Shown here: in pieces, positions 12,957 to 25,654 of the stretch
Numbering within the stretch: the stretch's first letter is position 1
How the letters are laid out: the number at the start of each line of letters is the position of its first letter
DNA from: Eledone cirrhosa
Taxonomy: Eukaryota
Direction: 5' to 3'
Length of the DNA stretch: 64,000 nt
Assembly: GCA_964016885.1 (NCBI GenBank)
Contig: OZ024741.1
Span: 335,420,001-335,484,000 of the forward strand
The notes under the pieces: model-generated
What the model saw: only the letters and a program-made list of their open reading frames with translations
Database searches by the model: none
What the model was told of the DNA's origin: nothing
Position numbers and translations under genes: made by a program

Positions 12957-13770
12957 ATTTTTTCATGACGTTATTATTGTTAATTTTACTGATGTAGTAT
13001 TAACTTATTAACTTGGATATTTAATGTAAATGCTAAAGGGTCATCACCCTATTTCATAAGTTATTTTATAGTATGAACACACCATTCACTATATTAACTT
13101 TATATTCTCGGTGCTTTGTAGAAATCCAAGAGATCTGCTACATATACACAGTGTTTGTTGAGATATTTATTTTAATAATTTAAATATTTATCATATAATA
13201 CATTAAACTTTTCTGACATAAAAAATATCAAAGCACAAAATGCAAACATGATATGATTAGCCATATTACACATAATCAAATAGCAAATTAGACACAATTA
13301 GTGAGATAATTAAGATAGAAACAGGTAAAAGCATGAGGGGGTGGGTAAAAGGTATGTTCAAAGGAAATAGACATTTGTATCTGATTTTAGGGAAAAGGGA
13401 CATAATCACAGTGTATTGCACTTACTAGCTAATTTGTCTTCCCTACAAAGTGCTAGGCATATAATTTTGCTTTTGATCTCAAATTAATATTTATCATTGG
13501 CTATATTAAAATCACAAACACTTATTGCTAATCAATAATAATATGTGTGGGTGTATATATATATATATTACTCTGTGTTCTTTATTCTATGATTGGGCTT
13601 CTTAATCTTCATCTTTGGATTAAGATCTCATATATATGCACACACATACATATATATATATATATGCATGTGTATATATATATATATATATATACACACA
13701 TAGATATATATATTTGTATGTACACGCTCACACACACACACACACACATATACATATGTATATATATATG

Positions 13771-13966
13771 CGATGGTGGGCTGTAAAGTTCATAGGCTAA
13801 CCAACATACTCTCATGGAATGATCAAATGAGGTTTATTTTTCAACATAGTTACTGGAAAGAAACTATGCAGTTATTAATAAGAAGAGTTTAAATTAATGC
13901 TTGGAAGATTTCACAACTCTAGCATCACTCCTTTATATTTAGCCTATGAACTTTTCAGCTGACCCA
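13771..13966. mobile_element. Mariner-type MITE (~195 bp)
   Basis: Imperfect TIRs GGGCTGTAAAGTTCATAGGCTA / TAGCCTATGAACTTTTCAGC; reverse-orientation copy at 16487-16681. Confidence 0.7.
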
Positions 13967-14597
13967 TACACACACATTTATATTTGTATATACATTTGCA
14001 CATAGATATATATTTTTATGTACACACGCACACATACATAGATATATATTAGTATATACACACTCACACACATAGATATATATTTATATATACTCACATA
14101 CACAAACACATTTATATTAGTAAAAGTATGTAAGTTTTTTTTAGTAGAAATCAAGAATACTGCACTCAATGTAAGATATTATGTGTACTATATTTTGTCG
14201 CTTGAAATCCAGAGTTGGAGACACATTCCAACATTTCATATGTAACACACAAATAACTGTATTTATGCATCATGCACACATAACTGTATCTGCTGCAACC
14301 CTATTCCTTGTGTGTGTATCTGCAGCCAACTATATAGAAGATATAGAGCAGAGAAGCTGCAGATATAATATAGCTGCAGTATTTAAACCAAGGGCCATAA
14401 TTTGTAGCAGTAAAAAGACCAAGTCTCTCTCTCTCACTCTCAGTCAGTAGTTTCTAAACTTGTTTGAATATTGCAGCATACATTAGAGCAACTAAAAAAT
14501 GTTTTAGTGTATGTTGTATATAAAGTCTAAAAATAAGAAATTTAAAATACGTATGTCCCAACGTAAATGATCCATAATAATAGTTGATCACTATAAA

Positions 14598-15175
14598 TAA
14601 CTGTTTCTATTTTAGGCACAAAGCCAGTAATTTTGGTGGAAGGGAAAATCGATTAAATCGACCCCAGTGTGTTACTGGTGCTTTATTTATTGACCCCGTA
14701 AGGATGAAAGGCAAAGCTAACCTCGGCAGGATTTGAACTCAGAGCGTAAAGAACCGTAACTCTATGCCACGAACCATGTTGTAGGCATTCTACCAATCAC
14801 TGTAAATAATGGGTTCTGATTTAGGCACAAGACAAACAATTTTAGGGAAAGGGAAAATCAATTAAATCAACCCCCGATCTCTTAAGGATGAATTGCAAAG
14901 CTAACCTCGGCAAGATTTGAACACAGAACATAAAGGGCTGTAACTATATACTGCAAAGCATGGTGTCCAACGCTCTACCAATTACTGCCAAAATCACTGC
15001 CCTCTTCATTAAAAGTAATGGTTTCAGAATAAGGCACAAGGCTAACAATTTCAGGGGAGGGGAAAGTAGATTAAATTGACCCCAGTGCATTACTGGTACT
15101 TTAATTTATCGACCCCATAAGGATGAAAGGCAAAAGTAACATTTGGGAGATTTGAACTTAGAATATAACGGGACA
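14598..15175 (-). mobile_element. Three head-to-tail SINE family 1 copies
   Basis: The block GGCACAAG..AAGGATGAA(AG/TT)GCAAAG..GATTTGAAC repeats at about 14600, 14810 and 15020. Confidence 0.8.
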
Positions 15176-15667
15176 TAATTATATGCCAATCACTACAAAT
15201 AATGAGAAAATCAGGTGAAGTGGCCCCAGAAAAGAGAATAATAATAATAAAAATATTGTGTACAGTGCTCAGGTGCACTACAACTCATCAAAAAGTGTAT
15301 GTAGAGTACATAGGGTAATGTACAAACGTCAGGAAAATGAACAGTGCATGAGTCATGATATACACATGTGTGCAGTGCATGTGTATGGAAGGGGTACATC
15401 TGGTGTAGTTTTGGTAAATTTCGGGAAGCATGAGGGTTTTAAAGGATGACAGTGGGGACTGCAAGAAATCAAACCTGTGCACTTTTTCCTACCTCCAGAG
15501 TTACTTTACATTTTTCTCAGCAATTATTGTGGTCATTTGCATTGGGATGCATGCATTTCAAATTTCACCTAATGCTTCTTAAGGTAACTGCTTCTAACTA
15601 TATATTTCTTTAAAAGCTGTACTTACATATATATATGCGTGTGTGTATGTGCACCTGCTTGTGTGCA

Positions 15668-15863
15668 TATAAAACGTGTAAAAATATAAATAACGAAAAC
15701 AAAATAACAAGTAAAATACAACAATGAAAAATTCCCCAATAGGGGGGGGGGGGTAACCACTCAGGGTTGACTCAGGCACCCCACCAATCCTGAACCACCT
15801 GACGCTTCGAGAGCCCCCGGGAAAGGTACCCATCTCCTCCTCAAATTCACCAGCCTACAGGCG
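15668..15863 (-). mobile_element. Orphan 3'-UTR fragment of a Tx1-like family related to the array
   Basis: Shares CGTGTAAAA, TCCCCAATAGGGGG and CTCCTCCTC..CCTACAGGC with the 3' UTRs at 25416, 31281 and 31717. Confidence 0.6.
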
Positions 15864-16086
15864 AATTTTATTATATATATTTCGAAGATGTAAAGTTTTA
15901 TGTATAAAATAAAGCAAAATACATACAAGATGTATAATTTTTTCATGATATTCTGGTAGACAAACGAGCTGGACAGATCGGTGACCACTCCAATAATAAT
16001 ACGCCGGATAAATTTATACCTTTGAGTGCTTGGCATCTGTTACAAGAATCAGTTGATTACAAATCAGCTAACTCTTTATTTCATTG

Positions 16087-16120
<34 letters not shown>

Positions 16121-16486
16121 CATACATTAATGTCGCCTCAAACCACAGAATCCGACACCAGCAAGTCATCTTAGCAACAACAACAAAAAAAAGCGAAGTG
16201 TTTATATTGACGTGATAAAGCCACTAATGTAAGAGGGATAACTCTACCTACTTCAAGAAAACATGGTTTTAGTTTCGACAAAAAATCTCGTGTATTTTTT
16301 CGATTTAATTTTTTTTCTGGAAATTTTTAAATAAATTTTTTTACTTTAAAAATTCTCTGCAGTATATTCTATGATTGACAAAGAATATTGGTGATTTAAT
16401 TGTTGAATTAATAACTGATAAAAAATATTTTACTTTTAAAAGTGTTTTGTGTGATAATGTATGTATGTGATGTCTATATGATTATA

Positions 16487-16681
16487 CATGGGTCAGCAGG
16501 TAAGTTCATAGGCTGACTATGAAGGAGTGATGCTAGGGCTGTGAAATCTTGCATTAATTTCAACTTTTTTTTATTAATAACTCTATAGTTTCTTTCCAGT
16601 GACTATGTTGAAAAATAAATCTCATTTGGTCATTCCATGAGAGTATTTTGGTCAACCTATCAAATTTTCAGCCAACCCTCA
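16487..16681. mobile_element. Mariner-type MITE, second copy
   Basis: Reverse-complement similarity to 13771-13966. Confidence 0.7.
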
Positions 16682-17427
16682 TCTATATATATATTATTAA
16701 ATATTCTATTCACTCTGCGTGAATAACACGCTATAACGCATTTGGTTTTTAATTTTTTCATTTATTAGAAATTTAGACTTGAATTACGCAAATTTGCTTT
16801 ATGTGCCACATTGATGAACGCATCTTCATGTAAGAAGCGAACAGACTGTATATACATTATCATCATCATCATCATATTCATTATCATCGTCGTTTAACGT
16901 CCATCTTCGACGCTAACATGGGTTGGATGGGTTTGTCCTACTTGAGGCAAGATTGGTTGGGTGATCGGGTCTCACTCATATAGAACTGTTTCTGGCAGGT
17001 TTTCTACAGCTGGATGTATATGTACGAGGGTGGGATGAAAAGTCCATATATGTTGCTAATTGCTTTGAATTTATTATCAAAATATTTCTTTACATTGCAT
17101 CTTGTTAGTCCACTTGTTGTTTTTAAATTAGTATGTAATTAATTAACAAACATGTTTACATAGCCTAATGCTTAATGTACGATCATAATGTCGCCAGTTT
17201 GACTTTATTTTACATTACCCCAGCACACTCATCTGAGAATGAATACCAGCAGTAGTTGGGGAATTTAAACTGTGATAGGCTGGCACCCTATCCAGGAAGA
17301 GTCTTGTACTCTCAATCACTTAACGCCAAGGAAACCAAGGATAAGCACCGGACTGATGAGCCTTTAGCTTAGAACGGACTTTAACTTAACTAACTTAAAT
17401 AACTCTATTTTTAGCATAATCAAGTGG

Positions 17428-18626
17428 TTCATGTTAAAAGCCTTAAATAGAGCTATTCCCTGGCTGACTCATGTGTGCCAGGTGGCCTGGATCTCTGGAA
17501 AGGCACCTAAACAATTGCAATTGGGTGGGATAATCCCGATTTTCAAAAGGAGCGATAAGAGAGATTATTCCAATTACAGAGGGATCTCCTTGCTAAGCCT
17601 CCCCGGTAAAGTCTATGCTAAGTATCTGACAAAAAGATACAGGGAGATTGTCGAGTTCAAGTTAGCTGATGAACACTATGGTTTTCACCCTGGATGCAGC
17701 CTCAGCCAGCCAAATATTCACACTGCAGATGGTCTTTGTAGACCTTGAAAAGGCATATACCATGTTCCTTGGGACCTGCTGTAAACGGTTGTACAGGAGT
17801 ATGGGATTGATGGTCAGCTTCTTGCTGCCCTGATGTCCCTATAGAAATGCCCAAGTATTTGTGTTCAGATAAATGGTACTAAATCGAAATGCTGAGTGCT
17901 GCATGGTTGGAATGAAAATCAGTGCTGTGAAAACTGAGACACTCATCCTCTCAAGGAAGCCTGCACAGTGCACTCTACATGTGAATAGAGTTCCACTGAA
18001 GCAGGTAGAGGAGATTAAGTATCTTGCTGCCATTTTCATTAGTGATGGAAGGCAGGAGATTGAATTATGAGCAAGAATTGCAAGAGTTGGTGCAGAAATG
18101 TGCAAGCTTCATCATTTTGTAATCAGAAGAAGGGAGGTAGGTGTAAAAGCCAAACTCGCTGTCTTCAATTTAGTATTCATATGAACCCTTACCTATGGTC
18201 ATGAATCTTTGATAATGACTGAAAGAATGCAATCATGAATACAAGTGGCCAAAATAGGGTTCCTCCAAAGGGTCTTTGGAGTAACATTACTCGATAGCTC
18301 AGAGATCAGAGAGTTACTCTAGGTAGAGCCACTATGTCTCCAAATTGAGAGATCACAGCTCCGACAATATGGACATATGGTTAGAATGTCTCAGGAAACA
18401 ATTACTGGACAGATTTTACAGGCAAAACCAACCGGCAGGAAACCCAAGAGTAGACCCCAAGCAAAATGGTTGGATAACATCCATGAACTTAGCTGGTCTC
18501 ACTTGGTGATCCAACAGGATCAGTTGGAGACAGTTGCTTCTGACAGGACCCACTGGAAGGAGTGTTTGAGGACTCTTCCCTCACGACTATCTCAAAAATT
18601 AGTGAGCGAAGAAGTAGAAGAAGAAA
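17428..18626 (+). mobile_element. Decayed RTE/Expander-like LINE with internal deletions
   Basis: IIPIFK..DKR..SNYRGISLLSLPGKVYAK, VDLEKAY, KYLA, LTYGHES, YGHMVRM; GAA-rich tail; 3' fragments of the same family at 36535-36940 (-) and 45975-46117 (+). Confidence 0.85.
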
Positions 18627-19169
18627 ATCATCAGTGGAGAGGGGAGACTGGTATGTATGGGTAACTCCTGGTCTTCCAGAAAGCACCTTTCCCAGACTTA
18701 TATCTCAGATGTATAATTTCTAGGTTCAAATCCTATGGTCATCTGTCATCGAAGGGTGTCTTTACCCTTTTACTCAATGACACAACATGCTGCCAGAAAT
18801 CAATAATTCAATCTTACAATTGTAAGCAATACACATTAACCAGTAAGCCACTCACCTTCACAACACACATGCATACTCACACACACACTCTCTCTCTGAA
18901 ATACACTCACAACCACAAACATTTGCACACACCCACTCACATATACACACATCCATACACAGACCCACACACACACATTCTCACCCCTTCCTCCACACAA
19001 GCACACCGATAAAATACTATTGAAGAAGGACTGTTTACTTCCTAGATTAATAGTTTCTAAAAGAGAGTTGTTAATGGTGAGATATATACCTTAATATGGT
19101 TTATCTCTTTAAATCTATTAATATTTAGCAGACTCTCTATAGCTAGCTATTTCTTCATATTTGTACTAA

Positions 19170-21945
19170 TGAAAAGGAATGGTAATGGTATGGTAATGGT
19201 AATGGTATGATAATGGTATGACAATGGTATGGTAATGGTATGGCAAGGGTATGGGAATGGTATTGTAATGGTAATGGTATGATAATGGTATCGCAATGGT
19301 ATGGTAATGGTATGGCAAGGGTATGGTAATGGTATGGGAATGGTATGGCGATGTTATGGGATGGTATGGTGATGGTATGGTGATGGTACAGTAGTGGTAT
19401 GGTAATAGTATGGAAATGTATGGTAATGGTATGGTAATGGTATGGGAATGGTATGGTAATGGTATGACAAGGTTATTGGAATGGTATGGCGATGGTATGG
19501 AAATGGTATGGGAATGGTATGAGAATGGTCTGGTAATGATATGGTAATGGTATGATAATGGTATTGTAATAGTATGGTAACGGGATGGCAATGTTATGGG
19601 AATGGTATGGTGATGGTATGGTAATGGTACGGTAATGCTATGGTAATAGTATGGTAATGGTATGGTAATGGTACGGTAATGGTATGGTAATAGTATGGTA
19701 ATGGTATGGTAATGGTATGGCAACGGTATGGTAATGGTATGGTAATAGTATGGTAATGTTATGGGAATGGTATGGTGATGGTATGGTAATGGTATGGCAA
19801 TGTTATGGGAATGGTATGGTAATGGTTTGGAAATGGTATGGTAATGGTATGGCAATGGTATGGGAATGGTATGGCAAGGGTATGGTAATGGTATGGGAAT
19901 GGTATGGCGATGTTATGGGATGGTATGGTGATGGTATGGTGATGGTACGGTAGTGGTATGGTAATAGTATGGTAAATGTATGGTAATGGTATGGTAATGG
20001 TATGACAAGGTTATTGGAATGGTATGGCGATGGTATGGAAATGGTATGGGAATGGTATGAGAATGGTCTGGTAATGGTATGGTAATGGTATGATAATGGT
20101 ATTGTAATAGTATGGTAACGGGATGGCAATGTTATGGGAATGGTATGGTGATGGTATGGTAATGGTACGGTAATGCTATGGTAATAGTATGGTAATGGTA
20201 TGGTAATGGTACGGTAATGGTATGGCAATGGTATGGTAATGGTATGGTAATAGTATGGTAATGTTATGGGAATGGTATGGTGATGGTATGGTAATGGTAT
20301 GGCAATGGTATGGTAATGGTATGGCAATGTTATGGGAATGGTATGGTAATGGTTTGGAAATGGTATGGTAATGGTATGGCAATGGTATGGGAATGGTACC
20401 GGAATGGTACCGGAATGGTATGGTGAAGGCAGGAGAATGGTATGGCAATATTATGGGAATGGTATCAGAATGGTATAGTAATGGCATGAGAAATGTATGG
20501 TAATGGTATGGTAATGGTATGGTAATGGTATGGTAATGGTATGGTGATGGTTTTGGAATGGTATGATAATGGAATGGGAATAGTATGGGAATGGTATGCT
20601 AATGATACGGTAATAGTATGGTAATAGTATGGTAATGGTATGGTAATGGTATGGTAATGGTAGCGTAATGTTATGGGAATGGTATGGCAATGATATAGTA
20701 ATGCTATGGTAATGGGATGGAAATGTTATGGGAATGGTTTGGGAATGGTATGGTGATGGCATGGTGATGGTTTGGAAATGGAATGGGAATGGTATAGTAA
20801 TGGGATAGCAATGTTATGGGAAAGGTATGGTGATGGTATGGTAATGGTATGGGAATTGTATGGTAATGTTATGGGAATGTTATAGGAATGGTATGGTGAT
20901 GGTATGGTAATGGTACTGTAGTGGTATCGTAATAGTATGGTAAATGTATGGTAATGGTATGGGAATGATATGGTAATGGTATGGCAATGTTATGGTAATG
21001 GTATGATAATGGTATGGTAATTGTATGGGAATGGTATGATAATGGTATTGTAATGGTATGGTAATGGGATGGCAATGTTATGGGAATGGTATGGTGATGG
21101 TATGATAATGGTATGGTAATGGTATGCTAATAGTATGGTATTGGTACAGGAATTGTATGGTAATGGTATGGCAATGGTATGGTGATGGTATGGTGATGGT
21201 TTTGGAATGGTATCATAATGAAATGGGAATGGTATGGGAATGGTATGCTAATGATATGGTATGGTATGGTAATAGTATGGTAATGGTATGGTAATGGTAC
21301 GGGAATGGTATAGTAATGGTAGCGTAATGGTAGCGTAAGGTTATGGGAATGGGATGGAAATGTTATGTGAATGGTTTGGGAATGGTATGGTGATGGCATG
21401 GTGATGGTTTGGGAATGGAATAGGAGTGGTATAGTAATGGATAGCAATGTTATGGGAATGGTATGGTCATGGTATAGTAATGGTACAGTAATAGTATGGT
21501 AATAGTATAGTAATGGTATGGTAATGGGATAGCAAAGTTATGGGAATGGTATGGTGAATGGTATGGTACTGGTATGAGATTTGTATGGTAATGGTCTGGT
21601 AATGGTCTGAGAAGGGTATGGCAAAGGTATGGTAATTGTATGGGAAAGGTATGATAATGGTATATTAATGGTATGGTAATGGGATGGCAATGTTATGGGA
21701 ATGGTATAGTGATGGTATGGTAATGGTATGATAATGGTACGAGAATGGTATGGCAACAGTATGGTAATGTTATGGGAATGGTATGGTGATGGTATGGTAA
21801 TATCATGGTAATTGTATGGGAATGGTATGGCAATGGTATGGTAATGGGATAGCAATGTTTTGGCAATGGTATGGAAATGGTATGGTAATGATTTGATAAT
21901 GGTATTGATATGCTAATGTTATGGGAATGGTATAGGAATGTTATG
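19170..21945. repeat. Satellite of degenerate AATGGTATGGT (ATGGT-based) units, ~2.8 kb
   Basis: Continuous 5/6-mer ATGGT/AATGGT variants; + strand is strongly C-poor; internal ~540-560 bp duplication. Confidence 0.95.
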
Positions 21946-22101
21946 TAAACAGTATGGGAACTGTATAGGATTATATATATTAGCTGAGTTAATATTGGAG
22001 CATGTCTAGTGATGTTGTAGTTTGTGGAGTGTAACCATTTTGATGCCAAACATTGCCTGAATCCACCACTGCTTCTATGATACATAACTGTTTACCTTAA
22101 C

Positions 22102-22321
22102 CCTTTAGTATTTACATTACTCTATATTTACTATTGTATTTTCATGGTAAAAGCTTTACCTCACATAATTATCTCACATAATATAGAATCTATGAGACTT
22201 TGATATTATTCATTTTGAGAACAATACCTTAACATCAGTATGAGTGGCCAGTTACAGCAAGTTTGAACAGAAAGCTGTGAGAGAATTCTGGCCAGATATG
22301 GCCAGTTTAAATGCTAAAGGG
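22102..22321. mobile_element. piggyBac-like MITE (TTAA|CCC...GGG|TTAA)
   Basis: TTAA-CCCTTTAGTATTTA ... TAAATGCTAAAGGG-TTAA; reverse-orientation relative at 9430-9633. Confidence 0.75.
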
Positions 22322-22335
22322 TTAAAGTATTTATC

Positions 22336-22367
<32 letters not shown>

Positions 22368-23552
22368 CGTTGTCATGATTGTTATCATCATCATCATCAT
22401 CATTGTCATCATCATTGTCATCATCATTGTCATCATCATCATCATCATCATCACCATTACCATCATCATCATTATCATCATTGTTTAACATCCTTGTTCT
22501 TTGCTATGACACAACTAAAGGATCCTTTCAACCCTTTAATGTTTTCAGGTTTTCTACAGCTGGATGCCCTTCCTATCACCAACCCCTTCACAGAGTGTAG
22601 TGGATGTATTTATAACGTAATTCACCAACACTAGAAAGGCTGTTGTACCCTTGACACAACTACAAGTCTTCATGACGTTTTTGGCCTGGTTTCTACAGTG
22701 AGGTGCCCTTCCTATTGCTAACTACCTTACTAGGTGTACTGAGTGCATTTATCATGGCACTATCACTAGAGATGAGTTTGTTGTCAGTGACTTAACTGAA
22801 GAGCCCTCTCTATCCTAAAGATGGGGCTCGGGTGTTGCCAAGTGATGAGGAATTTAACAGTGTTAGGGATAGTGGATGGTAAGGGGATATCCAGCAGTTT
22901 GGGGTTACTGTGATGATGACAGCTACTAAGGAGCTTCAACTGGTGTCGAATGTAAGTGTTTACATTTACGAGGGGTGGAAATATCCCTAGATGGAGTGTG
23001 GACAGTGATGAGGGTATACAGGGATACTGAGAGTAGCTACTACAGGTGTGTGATGGGGTGCAGTAATAGTGATGATACCTAGTAAGGGATGATAGTGGGG
23101 AAGGAGGGGATAGATCTGGTCAGATTTTAAGATTTGTTCACATTTATCTAAAACCTTTCCATTATAATTTTATGTAAAACCTTTTGTTAAGTCATGTTCC
23201 AAATACCAGTTTAACAATATGGATACCAAACTGTCTGATACAAAATTGTTTATCTTGAAGTGTATATATTTATCTAAAACCCTTCCATCATAATTTTATG
23301 TAAGATTTGCTAAGCTATATTTCAAACACCAGCTTGGCTCTTAATGTCTTGAACAGTATGAAACTGCATTAGCAATACTTTCTTGGAGAGTACACAACAA
23401 CACTGTGCCTACATCATATAAAAAATTAAAATTTTCACAATTTGTCTGTTAGTGAAGAAACTATAAATATTTGAACAAGTCTGTTTTTAAATGTTTCCTT
23501 CTAAATCATTCCAGGATGTAATGGCTTTAATATTGAAAAATTTAGTTATATT

Positions 23553-23741
23553 GGTGGATTGGCAGTATCGGTAGAGCATCAGACACCATGCTTTGCAGCA
23601 TAGAGTTATGGCTCTTTACATTCTGAGTTCAAATCCCGCCAAGGTTAACTTTGCCTTTTATCCTTACAGGGTCGATAAAATAAAGCACCAGTAATACATT
23701 CGGATAATTGTTGGTCTTGTGCCAAAAGTAGAAACAATTAT
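23553..23741 (+). mobile_element. SINE family 1, inside AT-rich MITE remnants (23130-24012)
   Basis: Full A-box, B-box, core and tail as at 49739. Confidence 0.85.
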
Positions 23742-24607
23742 TGATTATTTTTTGGAATATTTGAAAATAATAGGCAGTATATTTCATTAGAAATATGGTA
23801 AAGAAAGGGTTAAAATATTTATATTTATCTAAACATCTTTCATCTTAATTTTATGCAAGAACCTTGAAGTTATACTCTAGACACCAACTTAATAATGAGA
23901 AAGTTAGTTATATTACTAAATCCCTCCAAATGTTTCATTATTTTCAAAAATATTTGAAAAATCCTAGGCAGTATGTTTCACAAAAAAAGTAATATGATAA
24001 CGAAAGGGTTTTAAACTGCCTTATCTCCAATTATTTAGATAAACATGAGCATGGTAAATAATGTACAGAACAAATATTAGAAAGTTTATCTGGAATTTCC
24101 ATTGCTTTACAAAGAACTCACAGTAAATACGAGGAATATTACATCAAAGAAATTGAATTATAATTCCATTGGACAGATTAATAAAAGCCAAGCAATATAT
24201 ACTGAGAGAGAGAGAGAGGGAGGGAGGGAGAGACAGAGAGAGTCACATACATGTTTATACTCATAGCATATTTGATTTCTACTGTACTATAATAGTGGTG
24301 GTGGTGGTGATAATGGCAGTCAGATAATTGGCAATGTACATATTTGTAGGCTGCATGTCTATGATATATATGAAGGTGCATGGCTTAATGGTTAGAGTGC
24401 TGGGCTTACAATCGTTATGTTGTGAGTTCAATTTCCAGACCGGGACAACATCAGTGGCGTAGAGAAGGGAGACTGGTATGTATGGGTGACTGCGGATCTT
24501 CCACAAACAACCTTGCCTGGACTTGTGCCTCGGAGGGCAACTTTCTGGGTGCAAATCCCATGGTTACTCATGACCGATGGGGTTCTTTACTCTTTACCCT
24601 ATATATA

Positions 24608-25365
24608 TCAGCATCATCATCGTTTAATGTCCATGTTTCACACTGGCATGGGTTAGACAAGTTATCTTGTGAGTAATGCCAGGTCAGGTGACCATGTCTT
24701 GCTCATAGTTTCTACAACTGGATGCCTTTCCTAACACCAACCTCATTTCCAATGTGCTAGGTGCTTAGTGCTATGATGCCTACATGACCACTTTATAGTG
24801 TGGACTGGGTACTTATTGCCGTGACACCTACACAACCAGTTTGCAGTGTGGACTGGGTATGTTTTGCCGTGACACCTACACGACCACTCTACAGTGTGGG
24901 CTGGGCACTTTTTGCCGTGTCACCATCATCACCCCTTTACAGTGTGGGCTAGGCACTTTTTGCCGTGTTGCCATCATGACCACTCTACAGTGTAGGCTAG
25001 AGGCTTCACTGGATGTATGCTTCATGGGAAATATATAGGAGTGGGTGGGGTGGTGCTATATATATGCTTCAGTCTCGGCTTGTGCTCATGGGAAGTCTGA
25101 TCTTCTGTAATGCTGTGTAACACCAGAGATCTCAGTCCTGTGTCATCGCCTTTGAGAGGTGCAACTGGGCAAAGTCAGCTTTTATCACCTCGTAACAAGT
25201 CTTCCTGGATCTCCTCACTCCTTGGCTTCCATCAACTTTGAGAGCTCTGCACCTTTTTATACAGCTGCATCCTTCATATGCATCACATGTCCATACCATC
25301 ACAATCTCCTCTCCTGCACACTGTATCTGATTCCTCTTTGGCCTAGTTTTTCTCTCAGTACATTT
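24608..25365 (-). mobile_element. RTE 3' fragment with five ~48-bp tandem units in the 3' UTR
   Basis: 25080-25365 matches the RTE C-terminus (WYGHV..MKD..CIK.CRAL); ACCTACACGACCACTCTACAGTGTGGGCTGGGCACTTTTTGCCGTG-like units at 24778-24998; (CAT)n tail. Confidence 0.85.
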
Positions 25366-25654
25366 ATATATATATATTGAGAGAGAGAGGAGATGAATAG
25401 ATAGATAGATAGATATGTTTCTTTATTAGCCACAGGGGCACAAAAGAAGGGGACAAATACAAAGGGGAAAGTTTACATACAATAAAAACGTGTAAAATGT
25501 TATCACAAATGCAATTTAAAAAGTTAGTCGATTTTCCCCAATAAGGGGAGACAGTTTATATGGGTAACACATACCCCCGAAAAAATGTGCAACCCTCATC
25601 TCCAGGAGTACAAAGAGTTTGTACTCCTTCCCTCTCCTCCTCCTTTTCCTCAAC

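Noticed and set aside
15870-16095. Minus-strand host exon after TGTAACAG
   Set aside because: A similar sequence occurs at 40553-40655, so it is a dispersed repeat.
16165-16215. RFX X-box-like GTCATCTTAGCAAC plus TGACGTGA as a promoter
   Set aside because: Short motifs with no identifiable first exon; could be chance.
16805-16855. TTGATGA..GCGAACAGACTGTA hammerhead-like relic
   Set aside because: GAAA is incomplete, positions 3 and 8 form only a U-G pair, and no stem I is evident.
17320-17395. GGAAAC...CTGATGAG as a hammerhead
   Set aside because: The required helices do not form, and it is the SINE tail also seen at 50560-50640.
19166-22085. PYHYHTI-repeat ORFs
   Set aside because: Translations of the ATGGT satellite; the 11-bp unit cycles through all frames.
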